Below are positions 9,336 through 18,194 of a stretch of DNA of 47,657 nucleotides, piece after piece. The stretch is from an uncultured Actinomycetes bacterium (GTDB taxonomy: Bacteria; Actinomycetota; Actinomycetes; Nanopelagicales; Nanopelagicaceae). The stretch lies in assembly GCA_964394375.1 (NCBI GenBank), contig CAYMVX010000001.1, positions 1-47,657 of the forward strand. The letters are read 5' to 3'. Position 1 is the first letter of the stretch, and the number at the start of each line of letters is the position of its first letter. A program made the position numbers and the translations under genes. The notes under the pieces are model-generated. The model was not told the origin of the DNA. It searched no databases and worked only from the letters and a program-made list of their open reading frames with translations.

Positions 9336-10670
9336 ATGGAGTTCGCAGGTAAGAAGGTATTAATCCTCGGAGGAGGAGTAACTGGTAGTTCTGTTGCAAG
9401 AATTATTGAAGAACTAGGCGCATCAGTTGCCATTGCGGATGAAAAACCGGTTGCTGATTATGTCTCCCACCCGATTGATGATCTCGAAAATCTTAATTAT
9501 GACTTCGCAATAGTTTCGCCAGGTTGGAAGCCCGAACACCCTTTAATTCAAGCGCTTTTCACTAAGGGTATAACAATCACGAACGAAATTGATTTAGCAT
9601 GGCATTTTCGTAATTTACATCGACCAAATCAGAAGTGGATTGCAATTACTGGCACAAATGGCAAGACCACAACCACAGAACTCACTTCTGCAATGCTAAA
9701 TGCCGCAGGAATTTCGACAGCAGCTTGCGGCAATGTTGGCACTACCGTAATTGAATCTGTATGGAGTGATAAGAAGTTTGATGTATTGGTGCTGGAACTC
9801 TCAAGCTTTCAAATTCATTGGATGAGTGATCCAGAATTTACTGCGGTTGCTCTTCTAAATATCGCCGACGATCACACCGATTGGCACGGTTCATTTGAGG
9901 CCTATACAAAGGCGAAAATCAAGCTCTTAACCCATACAGATATTGGAGTAATAAACGGCCAAGACCAGCATTTAGTGCAGTCGGTTAGCGGATGGAGCGG
10001 TCGCAAGATTTACTTCGGACTTGATACTCCGGCACATGGTCAGCTTGGATTAGTAGAAGAACTACTTGTTGACCGTGCATTTACCAACGACCCAAATGAA
10101 GCTGGTGCAATCTGCGAATTAAATGAAGTGCAGCCAACAGTCCCGCATGCAGTTGCAAATACTTTAGCTGCCGCTGGGCTCGCTCGTGCAGCAGGTGCAG
10201 ATTTGGAATCAATAAGAACTGCAATTCAGGGTTTCAAGCCTGGTCGACATCGCATTGAACTGGCGCTAGAAAAAGATGGAGTCCGCTGGATAAACGATTC
10301 AAAAGCTACCAATCCGCATGCGGCACAAGCATCCCTATTTTCAAGCACTAGCTCAATATGGATTGCTGGCGGATTGGCCAAAGGCGCACATTTCGAAGAG
10401 TTAATAGATAAGTGCAAGGGTCGAATTAAATCGGCGTTATTAATTGGAACCGATCGCGAATTGATCGCCACTGAACTAGAAAAACACGGCATCGAGTTTT
10501 ATCGAATTGATGGCGAAAACGTTATGGAGAGCGCGGTTTTGAAGGCGCGAGAATTAGCTGAACCAGGGGATACCGTCTTGATGGCTCCAGCTTGCGCATC
10601 AATGGATCAGTTCAAGAACTACTCTGATCGCGGCGATCAATTTATAGCCGCAGTAAAGAAGTTTGCCTAA
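9336..10670 (+). CDS. murD: UDP-N-acetylmuramoylalanine--D-glutamate ligase
   Basis: 444 aa. N-terminal Rossmann motif VLILGGGVTGSS and P-loop ITGTNGKTTTT. Confidence 0.93.
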   Translation: MEFAGKKVLILGGGVTGSSVARIIEELGASVAIADEKPVADYVSHPIDDLENLNYDFAIVSPGWKPEHPLIQALFTKGITITNEIDLAWHFRNLHRPNQKWIAITGTNGKTTTTELTSAMLNAAGISTAACGNVGTTVIESVWSDKKFDVLVLELSSFQIHWMSDPEFTAVALLNIADDHTDWHGSFEAYTKAKIKLLTHTDIGVINGQDQHLVQSVSGWSGRKIYFGLDTPAHGQLGLVEELLVDRAFTNDPNEAGAICELNEVQPTVPHAVANTLAAAGLARAAGADLESIRTAIQGFKPGRHRIELALEKDGVRWINDSKATNPHAAQASLFSSTSSIWIAGGLAKGAHFEELIDKCKGRIKSALLIGTDRELIATELEKHGIEFYRIDGENVMESAVLKARELAEPGDTVLMAPACASMDQFKNYSDRGDQFIAAVKKFA

Positions 10671-11803
10671 TGTTTAAAACTCCCGCCTCAACATTTAAGA
10701 CCTTCTTCTTTCTTTCAATCGGCATCTTGATATTTGGAGATGTGATGGTTTTTTCCGCAGCGCAGGTGTTGGGCTTAAAAGATGGTGGAAACTCGTTTTC
10801 AGTGAGCTGGAAACAAATAATTATCTCAATTTTTGCTTTCGGTGGCGCTTGGCTTATTGCGCAATTTCCGCTTTCGACAATCAAATTCTTTGCACATCGA
10901 AGCCTTGCAATTGCGGTTTTGGTCATGTTGTTGCTTATTCCATTTGGCCGAGATGTAAATGGAAACACCAACTGGATCTCTTTTGGCCCGATTGATTTTC
11001 AACCATCTGAAGTTGCGAAAGTTTTCTTGATTCTTTGGGCGGCTTACATAATTGAGAATAATTACGGGAATGCCAAGAAAATTACTTCAAGTTTAGTAAT
11101 TGGTTTTTCACTTGTCCTTTTAGTGGTGCTAAAGGGAGGCGATTTAGGTTCTGCGGTCGTAATTGGATTGATTCTAATGTCACTTATTTATTTGGCGGGC
11201 GCAGATATAAAGGTGATTGCGGGTTTCAGTTTGGTAGGTATCGTCGGTGTGGCAGCACTTGTTTTTTCGGCCTCATATCGAATTGATCGCTTTACAGCAT
11301 TTATCCATCCTTTTGCAGATGGCGTTTACAAGAATGCTGGCTGGCAACCTGCGCACAGTTTGATTGCATTAGGCAGCGGTGGATTGTTTGGTTCAGGTAT
11401 CGGCGCCGGAAAGCAGAAGTGGGGCAATTTAGCTGAAGCACATACCGATTTCATTTTCGGTGTAATCGGAGAAGAGTTTGGTTTATTTGGCACCTTGGTA
11501 ACTGTTACTGCGATGTCTCTTTTGGTTTTCAGCATCATTAAGATTGCACTCTTAGCGCGCGATAATTTCAGTAAGTACTTAGGACTTGGAATAGCTTTTT
11601 GGATTGGCTTCCAGTCGCTAATTAACCTCCTCTCGGCAACGAGTTTGATTCCAGTGGTAGGCGTGACTCTGCCATTTATCTCATATGGCGGATCTTCGCT
11701 CTTGGCGACTGTTGGAGCGCTAGGGTTCGTGGCAGGAATTGCACTTCGTAACCCACAAGTCTCGAAGGAGTTAAACGTCCGCTGGCCGAGAGGAGCAAAG
11801 TAA
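10670..11803 (+). CDS. ftsW: SEDS-family peptidoglycan glycosyltransferase FtsW
   Basis: 377 aa multi-TM protein. SEDS hallmarks are present (HTDFIFGVIGEEFGLFG, LPFISYGGSS). dcw position between murD and murG. Confidence 0.92.
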   Translation: MFKTPASTFKTFFFLSIGILIFGDVMVFSAAQVLGLKDGGNSFSVSWKQIIISIFAFGGAWLIAQFPLSTIKFFAHRSLAIAVLVMLLLIPFGRDVNGNTNWISFGPIDFQPSEVAKVFLILWAAYIIENNYGNAKKITSSLVIGFSLVLLVVLKGGDLGSAVVIGLILMSLIYLAGADIKVIAGFSLVGIVGVAALVFSASYRIDRFTAFIHPFADGVYKNAGWQPAHSLIALGSGGLFGSGIGAGKQKWGNLAEAHTDFIFGVIGEEFGLFGTLVTVTAMSLLVFSIIKIALLARDNFSKYLGLGIAFWIGFQSLINLLSATSLIPVVGVTLPFISYGGSSLLATVGALGFVAGIALRNPQVSKELNVRWPRGAK

Positions 11804-11805
11804 GC

Positions 11806-12837
11806 GTGAATCGCATTCTCTTTGCTGGCGGCGGAACCGCAGGCCACATCGAACCTGCTTGGGCTGTTTCTGAAATCTGGCGTTCACGTCATCCGGAAGA
11901 TGAGATTGCATTTCTTGGAACTAAGTACGGCCTCGAAGTTACATTAATCCCAGAGCGTGATGGCACCCTCTATTTGATTCCTAAAGTTGTGGCACCACGT
12001 AAATTGAATTTAGACGCTCTACTTTTCCCAATCAGAATTATTAATTCAGCAATAAAGACTGTTTCAATTGTAAAGAGATTTGATGTCGTAGTTGGATTCG
12101 GCGGATATGTAGCAGCATCTGCCTATCTGGCGGCTGCAATTTTGCGCAAACCAATTGTGATTCATGATCAGAATGCCAAGATAGGTTTAGCTAATAAATT
12201 TGGCGCAATCTTTACAAAGGAGATTGCAGTCGCGTATCCAAATTCAGGATTAAGCGGAGCTAGAGTTGTTGGTAATCCGCTAAAACGCGAAATTGTAAAT
12301 GCAGCCACCCAGAGCGATTGGTTAGCAGCCAGAGCAAGCGCCAAAGCAGCTCTTGGCGTAAGTGGGGAGTTAGTTTTAATTCTCGGCGGTTCATCTGGTT
12401 CTGTTGCAGTTAATAAAGTTATTAGCGAAACCAATTTTGGAGATCGCACCGTTATTCATTCAGTCGGTAAAACAAATGAATTACCTGAGGGCAGCGCTAC
12501 TTATAGGCCGGTTGCTTATATTGAAGATATGGCGACTGTGCTCTTAGCTGCAGATTTGGTTATCTCTCGAAGCGGTGCAATTGCTTGTAGCGAATTTGCC
12601 GCACTTGGTAAATATGCGCTATTTATCCCACTACCAATCGGAAACGGGGAGCAAGCCTTAAATGCAGATGAATTAGTGGCAGCTCATAAAGCGGAAGTTT
12701 TGCCGCAGAGTCAATTTACGTCAGCTTGGCTAAATCAGAACATTGAGCGTTTAATCAAGCAGGGAAGCGTGGAACCACTTGGCACATCCCTAAATGCGGC
12801 AGAGCAAATCTCAGATTGCATAGGCAGAGTGCTCTAA
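11806..12837 (+). CDS. murG: UDP-N-acetylglucosamine--N-acetylmuramyl-(pentapeptide) pyrophosphoryl-undecaprenol GlcNAc transferase
   Basis: 343 aa with a GTG start. G-loop GGGTAGHIEPA. Confidence 0.93.
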   Translation: MNRILFAGGGTAGHIEPAWAVSEIWRSRHPEDEIAFLGTKYGLEVTLIPERDGTLYLIPKVVAPRKLNLDALLFPIRIINSAIKTVSIVKRFDVVVGFGGYVAASAYLAAAILRKPIVIHDQNAKIGLANKFGAIFTKEIAVAYPNSGLSGARVVGNPLKREIVNAATQSDWLAARASAKAALGVSGELVLILGGSSGSVAVNKVISETNFGDRTVIHSVGKTNELPEGSATYRPVAYIEDMATVLLAADLVISRSGAIACSEFAALGKYALFIPLPIGNGEQALNADELVAAHKAEVLPQSQFTSAWLNQNIERLIKQGSVEPLGTSLNAAEQISDCIGRVL

Positions 12838-14217
12838 GTGAAACTTAAAGATCTAACTGGAAAGCGCGTCCATTTCATCGGTATTGGTGGTTCGGGCATG
12901 AGCGGCCTTGCTCGTATTGCAATTTCTCATGGAATTAAAGTCTCAGGTTCGGATGCATCAGATTCTTCAGTTCTAAATGCACTTCGCGCAATTGGTGCTG
13001 AAGTCTTTGTTGGTCATAAAGGCGAAAACATCAACGGCGCAGACTTAATCGTCTACTCGAATGCGATTAAAGCTTCAAATCCGGAACGCGAAGCTGCGGC
13101 CACATCTGGTATAGAGCAAATTACTCGTGCAGCTGCACTTGCATTATTGATGTCGGAATCTATTTCAATAGCGGTTGCGGGAACACACGGTAAAACCACA
13201 ACGTCATCGATGGCAACTGTTGCACTCCAAAGTGCAGGCGTGGACCCATCCTTTGCAATCGGTGGAATTCTAAAAAGTTCAGGATCTAATGCTCATAGAG
13301 GTAGCGGAAAGTACTTTGTTGCTGAAGCGGATGAATCTGATGGATCATTTGTCGCATACCATCCGCATGCAGCAATCATTACAAATGTCGAATGGGATCA
13401 CGTTGATCACTTCGCAACAGAAGCAGAAGTTTTTGAAGTATTTGATGATTTCGTAAACACGATTAGTGGTTTTCTGGTTTATTGCGCAGACGATGAAGGT
13501 GCAAGCAAAGTTGCATCGCGAGCTACTGTGAAAACCATCGGATACGGAAAGAGCGAGAAAGCCGCTCTCCGCGTAGATCAAATTCAACTTAACGCCGGCG
13601 GATCATCTGCAAGAGTGCTCTGGAATGGAGCCAAAATCGGCACCCTAGAGCTCTCAGTTCCTGGGGAGCACAATGTCTTAAACGCGGCTGCTGTATTAGC
13701 CGTTGGCTTAGAACTAGGTCTTCCGGCATCTGCCTTATTAGATGGACTTATTAAGTTCCACGGAGCTGGACGTCGCTTTGAATTAAAAGGAACTGTTGGT
13801 GGGATTCGTGTCATTGATGATTATGGCCATCACCCAACTGAAATCAAAGTCACTTTAGATGCAGCAAAGAGATATGCAGGCGGCGGCAAAGTCTTGGTTA
13901 TTTTCCAACCGCATCGTTACTCACGTACTCAAGCTTTCACAAAAGAATTTGCGCAGAGTCTAAGCGCTGCAGACCACGCTTGGTTGTTAGAGGTTTATGC
14001 TGCGAGTGAACAACCAATCTCGGGAGTAAGTAGCGCCAATATTGCAAAGTTGATTCCCGGCGCGAAATTTGAACCGAATTTTATTGCAGTAACTGAAGCG
14101 GTTTCAGATGCAGCTAACCCCGGCGATGTAATCATGACATTAGGTGCAGGAGACGTTAGTTCATTAGGGCCTCTAATCCTCGAAGAATTATCGAAGAGGT
14201 TTGACAGTGCGTCGTAA
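12838..14217 (+). CDS. murC: UDP-N-acetylmuramate--L-alanine ligase
   Basis: 459 aa with a GTG start directly after the murG stop. HFIGIGGSGMSGLA and P-loop AGTHGKTTTSSM. Confidence 0.94.
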   Translation: MKLKDLTGKRVHFIGIGGSGMSGLARIAISHGIKVSGSDASDSSVLNALRAIGAEVFVGHKGENINGADLIVYSNAIKASNPEREAAATSGIEQITRAAALALLMSESISIAVAGTHGKTTTSSMATVALQSAGVDPSFAIGGILKSSGSNAHRGSGKYFVAEADESDGSFVAYHPHAAIITNVEWDHVDHFATEAEVFEVFDDFVNTISGFLVYCADDEGASKVASRATVKTIGYGKSEKAALRVDQIQLNAGGSSARVLWNGAKIGTLELSVPGEHNVLNAAAVLAVGLELGLPASALLDGLIKFHGAGRRFELKGTVGGIRVIDDYGHHPTEIKVTLDAAKRYAGGGKVLVIFQPHRYSRTQAFTKEFAQSLSAADHAWLLEVYAASEQPISGVSSANIAKLIPGAKFEPNFIAVTEAVSDAANPGDVIMTLGAGDVSSLGPLILEELSKRFDSAS

Positions 14218-14869
14218 ACGCGAATTCACTCTTGGTATCGCACTGTTGGTAATTGCCACATTGGCATTCCTATTTGGCTGGACCAATATCTTCACTGTCC
14301 AAAGTGTGGCCGTTTCGGGATCTCCAAATTCCCAAATTACAAAAGAGGTATTACGTATTGCAGATATCAAGAAAGGGGAGAAGTTGGCGCGCATTGAACC
14401 GCGCACAATCTCTACCAATCTTGCGCTTGCAGGTATTGATTGGATCGAAAAGGTTGATATCTCTCGTAATTGGATTAGCAGAGATGTAACAATAAAAATC
14501 TCTGCACGAGTACCGGTGGCAGTATCTGGTGAAAAGTTTGTCGATCAAGGCGGCGTCCTCTTTACCTCACCGGTTGCTTTGAAGAGCAAGTTGCCAACTA
14601 TTGGTGCCAAGAATGAGACTGCTCGGTTAGCGGCGGTTGAGTTCTATCAAAGCTTGCCTAACGATATGCGCCAAGATGTCGAATCGGTGAGCGCTTCATC
14701 GACTAAAAACTTTCAACTTGAACTTAAGAATTCACTCCACATCAATTGGGGAGATTCATCAAATAACTCTGTAAAAATAAAGATTTATAAGGCTTTAATT
14801 GCACTTCCAGAGAATAAGAAAATTCGACAAATGGATGTAAGCGACCCAACAAAGCCAACAGTTAAATAG
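14201..14869 (+). CDS. ftsQ: Cell division protein FtsQ (POTRA domain)
   Basis: 222 aa with a TTG start (alternative GTG at 14207). One N-terminal TM helix followed by a POTRA-like region (FTVQSVAVSG). Lies between murC and ftsZ. Confidence 0.85.
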   Translation: MTVRRKREFTLGIALLVIATLAFLFGWTNIFTVQSVAVSGSPNSQITKEVLRIADIKKGEKLARIEPRTISTNLALAGIDWIEKVDISRNWISRDVTIKISARVPVAVSGEKFVDQGGVLFTSPVALKSKLPTIGAKNETARLAAVEFYQSLPNDMRQDVESVSASSTKNFQLELKNSLHINWGDSSNNSVKIKIYKALIALPENKKIRQMDVSDPTKPTVK

Positions 14870-15001
14870 TTGGTAATAACTCACGAATAACATCGTGTCG
14901 GTAATTGAATACTCACCCCTAACGCTCTAATTTTCCGCCACCAATTGGGCATTACTTGTAACCCTTAACTAAAGGTTAAGGTTTACTTCGAAGGGAAGAT
15001 C

Positions 15002-16132
15002 ATGGCGGCACCGCAGAATTATTTAGCAGTCATCAAAGTTGTAGGTATTGGTGGCGGCGGCGTTAATGCGATCAATCGCATGATCGAAGCTGGTTTAAAA
15101 GGTGTTGAGTTCATTGCAGTTAATACAGACTCTCAACAATTGTTGATGAGCGATGCAGATGTAAAGCTCGACATCGGAAGAAAGATCACTCGCGGTCTTG
15201 GCGCAGGTGCTGCACCAGAAGTTGGTCGTGAAGCTGCGCTAGATAACGTAGATGAAATCGAAGAAGCACTTCGCGGTTCAGATATGGTTTTCATTACCGC
15301 AGGTGAAGGTGGCGGAACTGGCACTGGCGGTGCTCCAGTTGTTGCAAAGATTGCACGCGAACTTGGCGCACTTACTGTTGGTGTTGTTACAAAGCCTTTC
15401 TCTTTCGAAGGTAAGCAGCGCACAACTGCTGCAGAAGCTGGTATTGAAGCGCTGCGTTCAGAAGTTGATACATTAATTGTTATTCCTAACGATCGTTTGC
15501 TTGCAATCTCTGATCGTTCAATCACTGCAATCGATGCATTCAAGAGCGCTGATCAAGTTCTACTTTCAGGCGTTCAAGGAATTACAGAGTTGATTACACA
15601 ACCTGGCTTGATCAACCTTGACTTTGCAGATGTTAAGACTGTTATGACAGGTGCTGGCGCAGCACTTATGGGAATTGGTTCTGCTCGTGGCGAGAACCGC
15701 GCACTTCGCGCCGCAGAACTTGCAATTTCATCACCACTACTTGAAGCTTCAATTGATGGCGCGATGGGAATCTTGCTATCTGTTGCTGGCGGTAGCGATC
15801 TTGGCTTATTTGAAATTAACGAAGCTTGCCAATTAGTTCAGGATGCAGCTCATCCGGATTCTAAATTCATCTTCGGTACTGTTATCGATGATGCGCTTGG
15901 TGACGAAGTTCGTATCACTGTAATTGCAGCTGGTTTTGAAGGTGGCGCTCCTAAAGCGATCGAACGTCCGGTAATTACTACAAATGAAATTGCAGGCCAG
16001 GCTGACCCAGTAATCGAAAACGACCCGTTACAGGTTGCAATGGAAGTTACTGGTGAGACACCTCGCCGTCGCATCTCATTCGAAGAGTTAGTCTCCGAAG
16101 ACGAGATCGACGTTCCTGACTTCATGAAGTAA
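15002..16132 (+). CDS. ftsZ: Cell division GTPase FtsZ
   Basis: 376 aa. [17 protein letters not shown] and the tubulin signature [11 protein letters not shown]. Conserved C-terminal peptide DVPDFMK. SD AAGGGAAG. Confidence 0.98.
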   Translation: MAAPQNYLAVIKVVGIGGGGVNAINRMIEAGLKGVEFIAVNTDSQQLLMSDADVKLDIGRKITRGLGAGAAPEVGREAALDNVDEIEEALRGSDMVFITAGEGGGTGTGGAPVVAKIARELGALTVGVVTKPFSFEGKQRTTAAEAGIEALRSEVDTLIVIPNDRLLAISDRSITAIDAFKSADQVLLSGVQGITELITQPGLINLDFADVKTVMTGAGAALMGIGSARGENRALRAAELAISSPLLEASIDGAMGILLSVAGGSDLGLFEINEACQLVQDAAHPDSKFIFGTVIDDALGDEVRITVIAAGFEGGAPKAIERPVITTNEIAGQADPVIENDPLQVAMEVTGETPRRRISFEELVSEDEIDVPDFMK

Positions 16133-16148
16133 TAGTTAATTAACTCAA

Positions 16149-16805
16149 ATGCCGTTCATCTTCACCAATAGGTTGGGTGGAGTCAGCAAAGCGCCTTTTG
16201 ATTCCGCCAATTTAGGCGATCATGTTGGTGACGAACCAAGCGATGTTGCAGAAAACCGCGCTCTACTAGAGTCACAAATAGGCATGCCTATAGCTTTCAT
16301 GAATCAAATCCATGGCGACACAGTCGTGCTTGTTGAGAACAATTTGGTTACACCAACCTGCGATGCGTTAATAACCACAGAGCACAAATTAGCGATTGCG
16401 GTAATGGTTGCTGATTGCATCCCGTTGTTGTTGAAATCTGATGTTGCAGTAGCAGCAGTACATGTTGGTCGCAAAGGCTTAATGAATGGCATAACCCGCA
16501 AGACAATTGATGCAATGCGCGATTTAGGTGCGGAAGTTATTCACTCTTACATTGGTCCAAATATTTGCGGCGGCTGCTACGAAGTAGGGGAAGATATTTT
16601 CGAAGAAGTTGTATCTAAGTATCCTGCTGCGGATTCAAGTGAGCGAACAGGTAAGAAGACTTTAGATTTAGTAGCGGGACTTAAGACTGATCTTAAAGAT
16701 ACGGTGCTTTTGGATCTATCTAGCTGTGTTCTAGAAGATCGTCATGCCTTTTCCTATAGAAGGGATGGCATTACCGGTCGCCAAGCAGGTGCAATTTGGC
16801 TATAG
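16149..16805 (+). CDS. pgeF: YfiH/PgeF family (DUF152) peptidoglycan-editing / purine nucleoside phosphorylase-like protein
   Basis: 218 aa. QIHGDTVV and VADCIPLLL motifs. Canonical position after ftsZ in Actinobacteria. Confidence 0.88.
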   Translation: MPFIFTNRLGGVSKAPFDSANLGDHVGDEPSDVAENRALLESQIGMPIAFMNQIHGDTVVLVENNLVTPTCDALITTEHKLAIAVMVADCIPLLLKSDVAVAAVHVGRKGLMNGITRKTIDAMRDLGAEVIHSYIGPNICGGCYEVGEDIFEEVVSKYPAADSSERTGKKTLDLVAGLKTDLKDTVLLDLSSCVLEDRHAFSYRRDGITGRQAGAIWL

Positions 16806-17437
16806 ATCGTAGAACAGAATTAGCCAACAATTTGGCTGAGGTGAGATCCACAATCCCGGATTCAGTCCATTTGATTGTGGTCACTAAGACTTTCCCATTG
16901 AGTGATGCTCAGTTACTTCATGAGTTGGGCGTGACCGAATTTGGCGAGAATCGAGATCAAGAAGGCAGAGAGAAAGCGCCCTTAGTTCCAGGTAAATGGC
17001 ATTTCCAAGGACAACTGCAGAGCAACAAGCTCAAATCAATCTGTTCATGGGCGGATGTAATTCAAACTATCGATTCAGTTCGATACGTGCAACTAGTCTC
17101 AAAAGCCGCAGCTAAGGATTTGGAAGTTTTTATCCAAGTCTCATTGGATGGTGAAGCGCATCGGGGAGGCGCGTTGCCTGGCGATCTCAACCAAATTGCT
17201 GATGAGATTCTTGCAACCAGTAATCTAAATCTTCAAGGGCTAATGGCGGTCGCGCCCCTTGATGAAGAGCCGGATAGCGCATTCGAAAGGTTGGCTTTGA
17301 TTCACCAATCCTTTGTAGCTAGATATCCAAATGCGCCCTATTTATCTGCTGGGATGAGTGGAGACTATTTATCTGCCATTTCTCATGGTGCGACACATAT
17401 CCGAGTTGGCTCCTCAATCCTCGGTTCGAGAAGCTAA
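16796..17437 (+). CDS. yggS: YggS family pyridoxal-phosphate homeostasis protein
   Basis: 213 aa with a TTG start. VVTKTFP (PLP lysine) and HFQGQLQSNK motifs. 10-nt overlap with pgeF. Confidence 0.9.
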   Translation: MAIDRRTELANNLAEVRSTIPDSVHLIVVTKTFPLSDAQLLHELGVTEFGENRDQEGREKAPLVPGKWHFQGQLQSNKLKSICSWADVIQTIDSVRYVQLVSKAAAKDLEVFIQVSLDGEAHRGGALPGDLNQIADEILATSNLNLQGLMAVAPLDEEPDSAFERLALIHQSFVARYPNAPYLSAGMSGDYLSAISHGATHIRVGSSILGSRS

Positions 17438-17456
17438 ATTCTTTAAAATTATCCCC

Positions 17457-17906
17457 ATGTCAAGCCTTAAGAAACTTGGAAATTTTCTCGGTCTAACAGA
17501 TGACCTCGAGAGCGAAGAGATCACCCACGAAGCAGAAGCACCACGTATTCGTGTACGTGAGACTCGTTCATTCGCAACAGTGCAAGCAACTCCAACACAG
17601 GTCGCACCTGTAGCGCCAGCTGCTTCAACAAATCAAATTTTTACCGTTAACCCACGTTCATACAATGAAGCTCGCGTAATCGGCGAACGTTTCCGTGATG
17701 GCAGTACAGTTCTCATGAACCTAACTGACATGGGCGATGACGAACGTAAGCGTCTTGTTGATTTTGCAAGTGGACTAGTTTTTGGTCACCACGGCACAAT
17801 CGAACGCGTTACCTCAAAGGTTTTCTTGCTATCTCCTGCAAACATCACTGTCTCTTCAGAAGTAAAGACAGCAGCTGCAGAAGCTAGCTTCTTCAATCAG
17901 AGCTGA
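17457..17906 (+). CDS. sepF: Cell division protein SepF
   Basis: 149 aa starting at the ATG at 17457 (MSSLKKLGNFLGL amphipathic membrane-targeting helix). C-terminal SepF core (VNPRSYNEARVIGERFRDGSTVLMNL). The track ORF from 17358 overlaps yggS and was trimmed. Confidence 0.9.
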   Translation: MSSLKKLGNFLGLTDDLESEEITHEAEAPRIRVRETRSFATVQATPTQVAPVAPAASTNQIFTVNPRSYNEARVIGERFRDGSTVLMNLTDMGDDERKRLVDFASGLVFGHHGTIERVTSKVFLLSPANITVSSEVKTAAAEASFFNQS

Positions 17907-17909
17907 TAA

Positions 17910-18191
17910 ATGCTCGGTATTTGGGTCGCTCGTTTTCTTCAAGTATTTATCTTTGCGCTATTTGCGCGCTTAATCCTTGATTATGTGCGAATGTTTAAAC
18001 CAGGCTGGTCGCCTCGCGGATTGATGCTCTGGTTTGCAGAGAGTGTTTACACATTCACAGATCCACCAATAAATCTCTTTCGCCGATTTATCCCACCGCT
18101 TCGTTTAGGCGGAGTAGCTCTAGATCTATCATTTATCGTGCTCTTCTTTGTAGTTCAAATTCTGCAAAGTTTGGCACTTGCTTACTTGTAA
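17910..18191 (+). CDS. yggT: YggT family membrane protein
   Basis: 93 aa with two TM helices. Canonical position after sepF. Confidence 0.85.
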   Translation: MLGIWVARFLQVFIFALFARLILDYVRMFKPGWSPRGLMLWFAESVYTFTDPPINLFRRFIPPLRLGGVALDLSFIVLFFVVQILQSLALAYL

Positions 18192-18194
18192 TTA

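Noticed and set aside
6520-15543. Long antisense ORFs inside conserved genes. Examples: 6520-6981, 7593-8072, 11326-11847 and 15133-15543, plus 39279-39749 inside gltB.
   Set aside because: Each lies fully within, and antisense to, a gene with unmistakable family motifs. Their translations are low-complexity (Ala/Ser/Pro/Arg-rich) with no recognisable domains. These are typical shadow frames.
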